Shown piece after piece: positions 36,301 to 45,972 of a stretch of DNA of 64,000 nt. This DNA is from an uncultured Anaerolineales bacterium (lineage in GTDB: Bacteria > Chloroflexota > Anaerolineae > CG2-30-64-16), in contig CAZKEF010000014.1 in assembly GCA_964551735.1 (NCBI GenBank), forward strand, positions 54,820-118,819. Reading direction: 5' to 3'. Every line of letters begins with the position of its first letter. Within the stretch, counting starts at the first letter, position 1. Below the pieces are notes generated by a model, which was not told where the DNA came from, did no database searches, and worked only from the letters and a program-made list of their open reading frames with translations. Both the position numbers and the translations under genes were made by a program.

Positions 36301-38862
36301 ATGCCAAACCAGCCTCCCATCTTGGAGATGAAGCACATTAGCAAATCTTTCCCCGGCGTGAAAGCGTTGAACGACGTGACCTTTCAAGTCGCCGCGGGTG
36401 AGATTCACTGCCTGGTCGGCGAAAATGGCGCCGGTAAGTCTACACTCATGAAGGTGCTGAGCGGTGTCTACCCCTATGGCATGTACACGGGTGATATCCT
36501 CTTCAACGGGGAAGTGCAGAAGTTTTCCGGCATCAGCGACAGTGAGAGGGTCGGCATTGCCATCATCTATCAGGAGCTGGCGCTGGTCCCTGAGATGACG
36601 GTCTATGAGAACATCTTCCTCGGCAATGAGATCCGAAAAGGCCTGACCATTGATTGGAACGAAACCATCAAGCGGGCGACGGAAGCACTCAAAAAGGTCA
36701 GGCTTGATGTCAACCCCGAGACCAAAGTCAAACATCTGGGCGTGGGCAAGCAGCAACTAATCGAAATTGCCAAGGCGCTGAGCAAGGATGTGAAACTGCT
36801 CATCCTGGATGAGCCGACTGCGGCACTGAACGAGGATGACAGCGAGAACCTGTTGAACCTGATCCGCGAGCTCAAAGGGCACGGCGTCTCGTGCGTCATG
36901 ATTTCGCACAAACTGAAAGAGGTTATCGCCATTGCAGATACGGTCACCGTTCTACGCGATGGCCAGACCATCTGTACGCTGGATGCCCACAAGGGCGAGG
37001 TGTCGGAACATGTGTTGATCAAACACATGGTTGGCCGCGAAATCAACAACATCTATCCGACCAGGCAGCGCAATCCGTTCAAAGCCACTGGGGGCGCCGT
37101 CGAAGCGGCGAAAGCGGCCGGGGTGAAGGTCATTTCGTATGATCGCCTGATCACCAACACCAAAGTCGTGGACTATTTTGTGACCTTTGACAGCATTGCG
37201 GTCGGCGTGCAACAGGCGCGCTACCTGGTTGACCGTGCACAGGGCAAGGGCAACCCGTTGTACCTCTATGCCGGCGCCCCGTCAGACAACAACGCCTTCC
37301 TGTTCCTCCAGGGCGCGTGGGGCGTGTTGCAGCCCAAGATTGCGGATGGCACGTTCGTCATCAAGAATTCGAGCCAGGCCAGTAAGCTCCAGGCAAACGT
37401 CGCGCTGACGCGTGACCAGGCCAGCGCGATCTTCGGACAGATCACCACCAACTGGGATCGCCATACTGCCCACAACCTGGCGCAGTTCAACCTGGCCGGC
37501 GTCACGGCGGCTGATAAGGGCAACGTCTTTGTTCTTGCGCCCAACGATAACACCGCGCGGGCAATCGGCGACGTATTCGCTGCCGATCCGGACGTCAAGA
37601 GCTACGTGATCACCGGTATGGATGCCGAGGAGGCCTCCCTCCCTTACATCCTCGAAGGCAAGCAGTCCATGACCGTTTTCAAGGATGTCCGCACACTGGT
37701 GCAGGCCGCGGTTGACGCGGCGGTCGCCCTGCTTAAGGGTCAGGCGCCCGCGACCAATGGCGTCTTCAACAACGGCGCCATGGACGTCCCGGCATTGCAG
37801 TCTCCGGTCATCGCCGTGGACCAGACGAACGCGAAAGCCATGCTGGTTGACTCTGGTTATTACAAAGTCAGCGATGCGGCCGGCGCGGCCCAGAAGTCCG
37901 CTGTCGCAGGCAACGTTGCCATCGGGGTCGTCCTCCCGACCGCCGACGAGCCGCGCTGGCTCCAGGATCGGGCCCGTTTCCAGGCCGCGTTCAAAGCAGC
38001 CGGGTACAATGCCGAAATCCTGTTTAGCCAGGGCAATGCCGCCAAGGAGAAAGAGAACATCGAGACGCTGGTGGCGAAGGGTATCAAAGTCCTTATCATC
38101 TGTCCGCAGGGCGGCGGCGAAGTGGTGCTCGAGGTCAAGAACTGGAACGCCTACGACCCCGCCGTGGGCCGGGAGATCCTCAAGGATGTAAACTTCAACG
38201 TCAAGAAGGGCGAGATCGTCGGCTTTGCGGGCCTGATGGGGTCCGGCCGCACCGAGCTGGCCTTGAGCCTGTTCGGGAATCCGAAAAACTATCGGACCCG
38301 GGGCGAGATTTACATCCAGGGCACGAAGCAGCACTTCACCCATCCGCACGAGGCTATCGCCGCGGGCATCGCGTATGCGACCGAGGACCGCAAGGCGGCT
38401 GGCCTGATCCTGATCCAGGATGTGAAACAAAACACCACGTTGGCGAACTTGCAGGAGATCGCCCGGCGTGGCGTCGTGGACGGCAATGCCGAGATCAAGG
38501 TGGCGGAAGAATACCGGAGCTCCCTTAACATCAAGACGCCGTCCATCGTGCAAAAGGTGGGCAACCTGAGCGGCGGCAACCAGCAAAAGGTCCAGATTGC
38601 GAAGTGGCTGTTCGTGAAGCCCGACCTGCTCATCCTGGACGAGCCGACGCGCGGCATTGATGTCGGCGCCAAGTATGAGATTTACACCATCATGACCCGG
38701 CTGGTGGAGCAGGGCATGAGCATCATCATGATCTCGTCCGAGTTGCCCGAGGTCCTGGGCATGAGCGATCGCGTGTATATCGTCTCGGCCGGTCGGATCA
38801 CCGGCGAGCTGCCGATCGAGGAAGCGACGCAAGAGAAGATCATGCAACTGGCCACAAGTTAA
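36301..38862 (+). CDS. CUT2-type sugar ABC ATPase (two NBDs, RbsA/XylG-like) with a ~340-aa circularly permuted SBP-like domain inserted between NBD1 and NBD2
   Basis: NBD1 (aa 1-261) and NBD2 (aa ~593-853) are complete: Walker A GENGAGKST and GLMGSGRTEL, signatures LGVGKQQ and LSGGNQQ, Walker B LILDEPT twice. The segment between them (GVKVISYDRLITNTKVVDYFVTFD ... KVLIICPQGG) is ~70% identical to the upstream SBP and is ordered C-half then N-half. Confidence 0.7.
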   Translation: MPNQPPILEMKHISKSFPGVKALNDVTFQVAAGEIHCLVGENGAGKSTLMKVLSGVYPYGMYTGDILFNGEVQKFSGISDSERVGIAIIYQELALVPEMTVYENIFLGNEIRKGLTIDWNETIKRATEALKKVRLDVNPETKVKHLGVGKQQLIEIAKALSKDVKLLILDEPTAALNEDDSENLLNLIRELKGHGVSCVMISHKLKEVIAIADTVTVLRDGQTICTLDAHKGEVSEHVLIKHMVGREINNIYPTRQRNPFKATGGAVEAAKAAGVKVISYDRLITNTKVVDYFVTFDSIAVGVQQARYLVDRAQGKGNPLYLYAGAPSDNNAFLFLQGAWGVLQPKIADGTFVIKNSSQASKLQANVALTRDQASAIFGQITTNWDRHTAHNLAQFNLAGVTAADKGNVFVLAPNDNTARAIGDVFAADPDVKSYVITGMDAEEASLPYILEGKQSMTVFKDVRTLVQAAVDAAVALLKGQAPATNGVFNNGAMDVPALQSPVIAVDQTNAKAMLVDSGYYKVSDAAGAAQKSAVAGNVAIGVVLPTADEPRWLQDRARFQAAFKAAGYNAEILFSQGNAAKEKENIETLVAKGIKVLIICPQGGGEVVLEVKNWNAYDPAVGREILKDVNFNVKKGEIVGFAGLMGSGRTELALSLFGNPKNYRTRGEIYIQGTKQHFTHPHEAIAAGIAYATEDRKAAGLILIQDVKQNTTLANLQEIARRGVVDGNAEIKVAEEYRSSLNIKTPSIVQKVGNLSGGNQQKVQIAKWLFVKPDLLILDEPTRGIDVGAKYEIYTIMTRLVEQGMSIIMISSELPEVLGMSDRVYIVSAGRITGELPIEEATQEKIMQLATS

Positions 38863-38934
38863 GCAGGAACAAGCTCACAGCGGGTGGCGCGATTATCGGC
38901 CCCCGGCAGAATTCATGTTACCAGGAGGATTCCG

Positions 38935-40170
38935 ATGAGTTCACAGCAAGCTAGTCCGGCCCAGGCCAAGGGCGGCACGGCTCAAATGTCGTTCATGCAG
39001 AACCTGCAGAAAATGATCCAGTCGAACATCCGCGACTACGGCATGTATATCGCCCTGGTCGTGATCATGTTGTTCTTCACCTGGCGGACGGACGGCCTGT
39101 TCCTTACGTCGCGGAACATCTCTAACCTGCTGGATCAGACAGGTTACATCGCCGTCATCGCGGTCGGCATGACGCTGGTCATCGTCATCCGGCACATTGA
39201 CCTGTCGGTCGGCTTTCTTTCCGGATTCCTCGCCGCAATAGCGGCTATCCTCATGAAATCCTTTGGCGTGCCCGCCTTTCTCGTCATCCCGCTGGCGTTG
39301 GCGCTCGGCATCGCGGCAGGCGCCTTAACTGCCTTCATGGTGGCGCAACTGGGCATCCCGGCCTTTGTCGCAACCCTGGGCGGGTGGCTGGTCTACCGCG
39401 GGCTCCTGCTGCTCGTCCTGGCGGGCACGGGCACGATCATCATTGACAGTAAGTTCTTCAACGACATCGGTAATGGCTACATTCCCGATATTCCCGGCCT
39501 CAATTTCCTGCCGGAAGTGCATAAGCTGACGCTGATCCTCGGGTTGCTGGCCATCGTCCTGTTCATCTTCAGCCAGATCAACAGCCGCCGCCAGAAGGCC
39601 GCGTACAACTTCGAAGTGCTGCCGATGAACCTGTTCATCCTGAAGCTGGTCTTCCTGGCGGCCGTGCTCGGCGCTGTGACCTGGATCCTGGCGGGCTACA
39701 ACGGCCTCTCCTGGACGGTTGTGATTATGTTGATCGTAGTCGGCATCTATCACTTCATCACCACACAGACCGTGCTGGGCCGGCACATCTATGCGATCGG
39801 CGGCAACCCCGAGGCGGCCCAGTTGAGCGGCATCAACGTTAGGAAGATGACCTACCTGGTTTTCGCCTCGATGGGCATGCTGGCTGCCTTGGGCGGGATC
39901 ATGTTCGCCTCCCGCCTGCGCTCCGCCACGCCGCAAGCCGGCACCCTGTTGGAATTGGATGCCATCGCGGCCGCCTTCATCGGCGGTGCATCCCCTGCCG
40001 GCGGCATCGGCACGATCTTGGGCTCGCTGATCGGCGCGCTGGTCTACATGTCGCTGACCAACGGCATGAACCTGATGGGCACGGATATCGCCCTCCAGTA
40101 CGTCGTCCGCGGCTTGGTGCTGGTGCTGGCGGTAATCTTCGATGTGACGACGCGGCGCGGCAGCAGGTAG
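38935..40170 (+). CDS. Sugar ABC transporter permease (RbsC/XylH/MglC family)
   Basis: AGGAGG SD before the ATG. Ten predicted TM segments and the family pattern. Confidence 0.8.
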   Translation: MSSQQASPAQAKGGTAQMSFMQNLQKMIQSNIRDYGMYIALVVIMLFFTWRTDGLFLTSRNISNLLDQTGYIAVIAVGMTLVIVIRHIDLSVGFLSGFLAAIAAILMKSFGVPAFLVIPLALALGIAAGALTAFMVAQLGIPAFVATLGGWLVYRGLLLLVLAGTGTIIIDSKFFNDIGNGYIPDIPGLNFLPEVHKLTLILGLLAIVLFIFSQINSRRQKAAYNFEVLPMNLFILKLVFLAAVLGAVTWILAGYNGLSWTVVIMLIVVGIYHFITTQTVLGRHIYAIGGNPEAAQLSGINVRKMTYLVFASMGMLAALGGIMFASRLRSATPQAGTLLELDAIAAAFIGGASPAGGIGTILGSLIGALVYMSLTNGMNLMGTDIALQYVVRGLVLVLAVIFDVTTRRGSR

Positions 40171-40299
40171 GCATTCACACCATCGGATAAACCAAGCGAG
40201 GCGGTCTTATCGGCCGCCTCGCTGCGCGTAACGAGGCATCGCCACATAGGTGGATTCAGACCAGTGTCCATGTCGCGGGCGACACAAGCGGAGATGAAA

Positions 40300-40520
40300 A
40301 TGCAACGATCCGCGTTCATCCGCGCTCGTCCGCGTCCGATTTTTGGGTTAGTTTTTCATGCCGCGGGCGACGCCGAGGCTGGTGAGAATGTTCGTAATAA
40401 CGACTTCAGTCGTTCGCCGCGGGCCACGGCGACTGAAGTCGCTACTACGAACCGATCCGTTTTCAGGGCAGGGGCGGGTTTTCTGCGCGCTCATCGGTGG
40501 TCTGCCGTTGCCCCCAACTA
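40300..40520. repeat. Repeat nest in a 390-nt convergent intergenic region: family-D 30-mer (40308-40340; second copy 41879-41913), family B (40399-40450), family C (40468-40520)
   Basis: Direct sequence comparison. Confidence 0.55.
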
Positions 40521-40562
40521 TGCGGGTAACCAGGGTGCGTGGTATTGCCGGCAACCCCGCCC

Positions 40563-41753
40563 CTACTTCACCCACAACTCCCGCTGCGGCTCGCCCAGGT
40601 AGGCCGCGCCGTCCTCCGTCACCAGCACATCCTCCTCCAGGCCGATGTAGCCGTATCCCGGCACGGCCAGCCCAGGCTCCACGGTGTAGACGTGCCCCGC
40701 CTCCAGCAGGCGTTTGGGGGTGTCGCCGTAGCGCTCCCAGAGGGGGCCCAGCAGCGGGCCGCCGTCGTGGGCGTTGCGGCCCAAGCCGTGGCCGGTGGCG
40801 TATTTGTACTCTGGGTAGCCCGCGCCTGTGACCACGCCCCGCGCGGCCGCGTCCACTTCCAGGCCGGTCACGCCCGGCCGCATGGTCGCCACGGCCGCTT
40901 CGACCGCAGCTCGCACTGTGGCGAACCCGCGGCGCACCGGCTCCGGCGGCGCAGCCTCGCCCGACCGCAGCAGGTATACCACCCGCTGGATGTCGGAGCA
41001 ATACGCATCTTGCCGTACACCGAAATCCATGTGGACGATATGGCCCGGCGCCAGCACGATATCGCCCGGTGCACCGTGCCCCACTGCCGAATCCGGCCCC
41101 GAGTTCACCGCGGGGCAGCCGTCATCGTCCCACGCCGCGGCCACGCCCAACTCGGCCATCTGCCGGTGCATGAAGTCGCCCACCTGCCGCTCGGTGACGC
41201 CGGGACGGATGAAGTTGAAGGCCGCCTCATAGATGCGCACCGTCGTCGCCACCGCGGCGCGGATCGCAGCTACCTCGGCCGGTGTCTTGCGCGACCGCAG
41301 CGCGGCGATGATCCCCTCGGCCGAGATCAGCCGGTCGGCGTAGGGTGTGCCGGCCAGGTAACCCTGCAAGAGCTGATGCATCCCGTGAGTAAGACCATCC
41401 GCGTAAACGTCGTCTGTAGAAGTGTTAATCGCTATTTGCGCCGGGTCAAGTTGGGTCAGAACCTCCAGCAATGCTGGACGGATCGCCTCATCATAGGGGA
41501 TGACCATGTCATAGAGCCCTTTGCCCCGCACCGCGTCCGCTTCATAGCGACCGACGATGGCGATGCGCTGGCCGCGGGCCGTGAACATCAGGGCGCTCTG
41601 CCAGGTCAAGGTCTCCGGGCCGAAGATCAACGGCAGCACGGGGTCGGCCTGGGCAGAGGTTTCGCGCACAAACGTCAGCCAGGCGTCAACACCGGCTTTG
41701 TGCAGGATGCCGTTGGCTTGTTGCGCCTTTTCGTGGGTGATGGAAGATGTCAC
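40563..41753 (-). CDS. M24-family metallopeptidase (Xaa-Pro aminopeptidase/creatinase-like)
   Basis: Creatinase-like N-terminal domain plus a pita-bread C-terminal domain with metal ligands in HVYTVEPGLAV and GLEEDVLVTEDG. Confidence 0.7.
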   Translation of the reverse strand: MTSSITHEKAQQANGILHKAGVDAWLTFVRETSAQADPVLPLIFGPETLTWQSALMFTARGQRIAIVGRYEADAVRGKGLYDMVIPYDEAIRPALLEVLTQLDPAQIAINTSTDDVYADGLTHGMHQLLQGYLAGTPYADRLISAEGIIAALRSRKTPAEVAAIRAAVATTVRIYEAAFNFIRPGVTERQVGDFMHRQMAELGVAAAWDDDGCPAVNSGPDSAVGHGAPGDIVLAPGHIVHMDFGVRQDAYCSDIQRVVYLLRSGEAAPPEPVRRGFATVRAAVEAAVATMRPGVTGLEVDAAARGVVTGAGYPEYKYATGHGLGRNAHDGGPLLGPLWERYGDTPKRLLEAGHVYTVEPGLAVPGYGYIGLEEDVLVTEDGAAYLGEPQRELWVK

Positions 41754-41994
41754 GGGTTGCCTCCTGGGAGCAAATGTTGTACGATAGGCGTCGTAAATTG
41801 CTATGCCAGTATATCACAGGTGCTTGATCCATTCTGGATTCAATGCCCGCCTGCAATCCCGTCCAAAGACGAAACTGGGTATCCGCATTCATCCGCGCTC
41901 GTCCGCGTCCAATGCCTGGCGCAGCGCGTGTGACCGGCTGAAGCCTCGTTTTCACATCAACGAGAATGATACCGGTAGCCGATGAGTATCGCTT

Positions 41995-43581
41995 ATGACA
42001 ACACAAACCCATTCTGGTTGCCGGGGCCTGCCGGCCGCCTTTTGGCTGCTCCTGGCCTTCTGGATCCTCGTGCTGGCCGTGGCCGGCGCGGCGACCTATG
42101 GCCTGCTGGCGCTGTACAACAGTGACCGGATCGCGGGCGGCGTCACTGCGCTGGGCCGCGACTTGGGCGGGCGCACCCCTGCGCAGGCAGCGGCGATCCT
42201 GAACGAAACATGGCAGACCCGCCGGATCGGCCTGGATGCGGACGAGCAGGCATGGACCCTGGCCCCTACGCAACTTGGCATGATGCTCGATGCCGAGGCC
42301 ATGGCCCAGGCCGCGTACGCACAAGGCCGCTCGCTGGCCACGGGGCAGGAGGTGCTGCTGACCGGCCGGCGGCTGCTGGCGACCACGAACCTACTGCCGC
42401 TGGCCGTGCCGTCCACTGAGGTGCCGGTCGCCTGGCGCTTTGACCGGGACGCGGCCGCGGCCACCCTGCGCACCCTGGCCGGCCAGGTTGAAGTCCCCGT
42501 GCAGGACGCGGGCGTGCGGGTGACCGCAGGACGCGTGGAAACCACGCCCTCCGCCACCGGCCGCGCGCTGAACATCGCGGCCATGCTGGCAACACTGGAG
42601 ACCTACCCGTGGGAGCGATTAGCCGGAGACCAGGGGGATGCCCAGGCGCGCTTCGAGCTGCCCATCGTCGACCAACCGCCCGCGATCAGCGACGTCAGCG
42701 CGCTGGTGGCCGAAGTACAGCCCCTGCTGGCCAAACCCATCACCTTGCGCATGTACGATGCGATCCGAGACGAGCACACGACCCTGACTGCATCGCCGGA
42801 AGCGTTGGGCGAATGGCTGTCGTTCGCCATCTCCGGCACCGTGGCGTCTGGGCAGACGCTGACGTGGACCGTGAACGAGGAGGCGGTGGCCGCGTTCGTG
42901 CGCGGCCAGAACGAAGCGTTGCCCGACGATAATTATGTCAATGCTCGCATCGCCGTCCCCGCCCTGGTTGAGGCGTTCAAGAACCGCCAGGCCGAAGTGC
43001 GCCTGCTGATGAGCCACGGCGAGCGGGAGCACATCGTCAAGGCTGGGGAGACACTGTCCAGCATCGCGTTCGACTACGGCATGCCCTACCCCTGGATCCA
43101 GGCAGTGAATCAGGGTGTGGGCGATGCGCTGTTCGTGGGCGACCGGCTGCGCATCCCCTCACCGGACGTGCTGCTGCCGTTGCCGGTGGTGGAAGGGAAG
43201 CGGATCGTCGTCAGCCTGAAGGGGCAACGGGTGCTGGTGTACGAAAACGGCCAGCTCAAGTGGGACTGGCCCGCCAGCACCGGCATGGCCGAGAGCCCCA
43301 CATCGCCCGGCGTGTTCCAGGTGCAATCCCACGAGGAGCTGGCGTACGCTGCCAACTGGGACTTGTACATGCCGTGGTTCATGGGCATCTACCGGCCGGT
43401 GCCGGGGCAGGAATTCATGAACGGCTTCCATGGCTTTCCCAGCCGTGACCGCCGGCAGTTCCTTTGGGAGCGCAACCTGGGCGGCCCCATCACCTATGGC
43501 TGCATCCTGATCAGCACCACCAACGCCAAGCTGCTGTACGACTGGGCCGAGGCAGGCGTGGTAGTGGAGATTCGGGAGTGA
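41995..43581 (+). CDS. L,D-transpeptidase (YkuD/ErfK family) with N-terminal TM anchor and LysM domain
   Basis: LysM HIVKAGETLSSIAFDYGMPYPWIQAVN. Catalytic region FHGFP...GGPITYGCILIS. Confidence 0.75.
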   Translation: MTTQTHSGCRGLPAAFWLLLAFWILVLAVAGAATYGLLALYNSDRIAGGVTALGRDLGGRTPAQAAAILNETWQTRRIGLDADEQAWTLAPTQLGMMLDAEAMAQAAYAQGRSLATGQEVLLTGRRLLATTNLLPLAVPSTEVPVAWRFDRDAAAATLRTLAGQVEVPVQDAGVRVTAGRVETTPSATGRALNIAAMLATLETYPWERLAGDQGDAQARFELPIVDQPPAISDVSALVAEVQPLLAKPITLRMYDAIRDEHTTLTASPEALGEWLSFAISGTVASGQTLTWTVNEEAVAAFVRGQNEALPDDNYVNARIAVPALVEAFKNRQAEVRLLMSHGEREHIVKAGETLSSIAFDYGMPYPWIQAVNQGVGDALFVGDRLRIPSPDVLLPLPVVEGKRIVVSLKGQRVLVYENGQLKWDWPASTGMAESPTSPGVFQVQSHEELAYAANWDLYMPWFMGIYRPVPGQEFMNGFHGFPSRDRRQFLWERNLGGPITYGCILISTTNAKLLYDWAEAGVVVEIRE

Positions 43582-43605
43582 ATTTGGCAGGGGAGAGGGG
43601 GAGGA

Positions 43606-43638
43606 GGGGAGACAAGGGGATTGTCTCCTTGTCTCCCC
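43606..43638. terminator. Bidirectional hairpin GGGGAGACAAGG-loop-CCTTGTCTCCCC between convergent genes
   Basis: 12-bp perfect stem seen directly. Confidence 0.5.
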
Positions 43639-43647
43639 ATCTCCTTG

Positions 43648-44499
43648 TCACCCAGTCACCACCGCGATCCCCAACAGCCCCGCGCCCGTGTGCACCGACA
43701 AACCTGCGCTCATCTCGGCGATGATGATCTCAGCGGGACACGGAAGCACAGCCCGCACCTGGGCGGCGAAGGCCTGTGCTTCCTCCGGCACGTTGACGTG
43801 CAGCACGGCCATCCGGCTGATGGGCCGGTCGGCGACCGCCTCGCCGGTCAGCTCGATGACCCGTGCCAACGCCTTGCCGCGTGTTCGGACCTTTTCCAGC
43901 AGGTCGAGCTTGCCATCCCGCAACGTGAGCACCGGCTTGATGCTCAGCAGGTTGCCGAAACCCGCGGCCAGGTGCCCCACCCGGCCGCTCATGGCGAGGT
44001 ACTTCAACGTGGCCAGCGCGCCGTAGATGTGCGCGCGGGCGCCCACATCCTGCGCCGCAGCCACAACTTCCGCGACCGACGCGCCCTGGCGCACTGCTTC
44101 CACCGCGGCCATGGCCATGAACCCCTGCGCCATGGATACGCTCTGGGTATCAACCACCTCGATCTGCCGGCCGGGCAGCAGCTCCTTGGCGGTCACTGCG
44201 GCCTGGTAGGTGGCGCTGATGGCCGAGCTGACACAGAGGCAGATGACCGCATCTGCGCCCTCAGCAAATTCGGCCTCATATGCCTGCAAGAACTGGCCGG
44301 GGCTGGGCGCCGAGGTGGTCGGCAGCTTGCCCTCCCGGTCAATGCGCGCAAACAGCCGCGCGTCGTCGATGTCCACCCCGGTCGCCAGCACCTCCTCGCC
44401 GAAGTGAACGTTGATGGGTACCTGCCGAATACCGTAACGAGCTGCTGTTTCACCGGGCAAACTGGCATCAGTATCAGTGATGATCGCAATAGGCGCCAT
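43648..44499 (-). CDS. DegV-family fatty-acid-binding protein
   Basis: IAIITDTDASLPGE is the DegV N-terminus. 283 aa. Confidence 0.8.
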   Translation of the reverse strand: MAPIAIITDTDASLPGETAARYGIRQVPINVHFGEEVLATGVDIDDARLFARIDREGKLPTTSAPSPGQFLQAYEAEFAEGADAVICLCVSSAISATYQAAVTAKELLPGRQIEVVDTQSVSMAQGFMAMAAVEAVRQGASVAEVVAAAQDVGARAHIYGALATLKYLAMSGRVGHLAAGFGNLLSIKPVLTLRDGKLDLLEKVRTRGKALARVIELTGEAVADRPISRMAVLHVNVPEEAQAFAAQVRAVLPCPAEIIIAEMSAGLSVHTGAGLLGIAVVTG

Positions 44500-44708
44500 G
44501 AGTCCTCCTGTAAATCAAGAATTTGTGGTATAATCGCCCTGTGGCAAATTCATGCGCAAATTATAGCACACACTGGCCCCCAAACGGAACCTTAGGGCTG
44601 GCCCAGCGTCCAAGGAGAGAGCAGACGTCGCAGTTGGGCACAAAGCACCCGAGGAGCTGCGTGAACCAAGGTAAGTTCCGGCGTCTGACATAGCGAAAGG
44701 AGATAGCC

Positions 44709-45671
44709 ATGACAACCCACAAACGAGTCTCTCGGGCAATCCTGCCCGGCGTGCTATTGATCCTGGCCCTGGCCTTTGCGGGCTGCGTCCCCGTGCCGGA
44801 ACAACCTGGCGCGTCGGCGCCCGCAGCCACCGAAACGCCGCTGCCCGCCACCGAGACCCCGGCGCCGCCCCTGGAGCTTCCCACACCAACGACCTGGCTG
44901 CCTGCGCAGAGCGCTATCGAGGCCCTGGCCAGGCAACTCAGCATCGAGCCGTCCCAGGTGCAGTTGGTGTCATCCGAGCCTGCCGAATGGCCCGATGGCT
45001 GCCTGGGCGTAAGCCAGCCCGGGATTATGTGCACCCAGGCCATTGTGCCCGGTTATCGCTTCATCATGCAGGCAAGTGGACAGCAATACGAGGTGCGCAC
45101 TGATCAAACCGGCGCCGCGGCCGTGGTCGTCCCAGCGAAGCAAGCGAAGCCCGGAGACCCACCGGCGGTGATGGCTGCCCGTACGGCAATGGCTGTGCAG
45201 CTCGGCCTGGAACTGGACATGGTGAAGGTGTGGACGGTGGAGCCAATGACCTGGCCGGACGCGTGTCTAGGCGTGCCCCAACCGGATGAGATGTGCGCAC
45301 AGGTGCTGACGCCGGGCTATCGTATCGTGATCGAGGTGAACGGCGTGCGGTACGTGCTCCACACCGACGAGACGGGCGCGCAGGTGCGCGCGGCGCCGGT
45401 AGCCACCGAGGAACCGGCTGTCATCACCATCCTGCGCGACCTCATTGCAGGCCAACTCGGCATCAGCGCCGATGGGGTGCAAGTGATCTCGATTGAAGCT
45501 GTGGAATGGCCGGACGCCTGCCTGGGCGTACAAAGGGCTGACATCGTTTGTGCGCAAGTGGTGACGGCGGGGTACAAGATCGTACTGATAGCTGAAGGCC
45601 AACGCTTCACGTATCACACCGATGCGCCAGGGAACAGCATCCTGTTGGTGGAGGAGATCGTGATCGAGTAG
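44709..45671 (+). CDS. Lipoprotein with three tandem ~85-aa repeat domains (conserved EWPDxCLGV...C.Q...PGYRI...Y..HTD)
   Basis: Lipobox LAFAGC and three internal repeats, each with a Cys pair. AAAGGAG SD. Confidence 0.55.
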   Translation: MTTHKRVSRAILPGVLLILALAFAGCVPVPEQPGASAPAATETPLPATETPAPPLELPTPTTWLPAQSAIEALARQLSIEPSQVQLVSSEPAEWPDGCLGVSQPGIMCTQAIVPGYRFIMQASGQQYEVRTDQTGAAAVVVPAKQAKPGDPPAVMAARTAMAVQLGLELDMVKVWTVEPMTWPDACLGVPQPDEMCAQVLTPGYRIVIEVNGVRYVLHTDETGAQVRAAPVATEEPAVITILRDLIAGQLGISADGVQVISIEAVEWPDACLGVQRADIVCAQVVTAGYKIVLIAEGQRFTYHTDAPGNSILLVEEIVIE

Positions 45672-45699
45672 TGGATCCGGTGAGGTGCGCGGGCGGGCA

Positions 45700-45972
45700 T
45701 CATTCCTTCCTGCCGAGCAACTCCTCCGCCTTTGCCACGTAACGCCGCGCGGTCTCCACGTCGCCGGCCAGCAAATAGCTGGCAGCCAGCCGCGCGGCGC
45801 CGCGCACCTCAGCCGAATGCGTGCCAGCCGAAAAGCGCTCGATGGCGGCACGCAGCAACTGCTTCTCCGTCTGCGTGCGCAAGCTGGGATCTGCCCGGAC
45901 AACGTCACCGTCGTCGGTGACATTATCGGGCAGGCCGCTGCGCTTGTGCCACATGGCCACATCTGACGTCAT
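45700..45972 (-). CDS. Small hypothetical protein (ATGA-coupled to upstream MFS gene)
   Basis: ORF MTSDVAMWHKRSG...AEELLGRKE. The longer 186-aa ORF overlaps the MFS gene and is unlikely to be real. Confidence 0.3.
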   Translation of the reverse strand: MTSDVAMWHKRSGLPDNVTDDGDVVRADPSLRTQTEKQLLRAAIERFSAGTHSAEVRGAARLAASYLLAGDVETARRYVAKAEELLGRKE

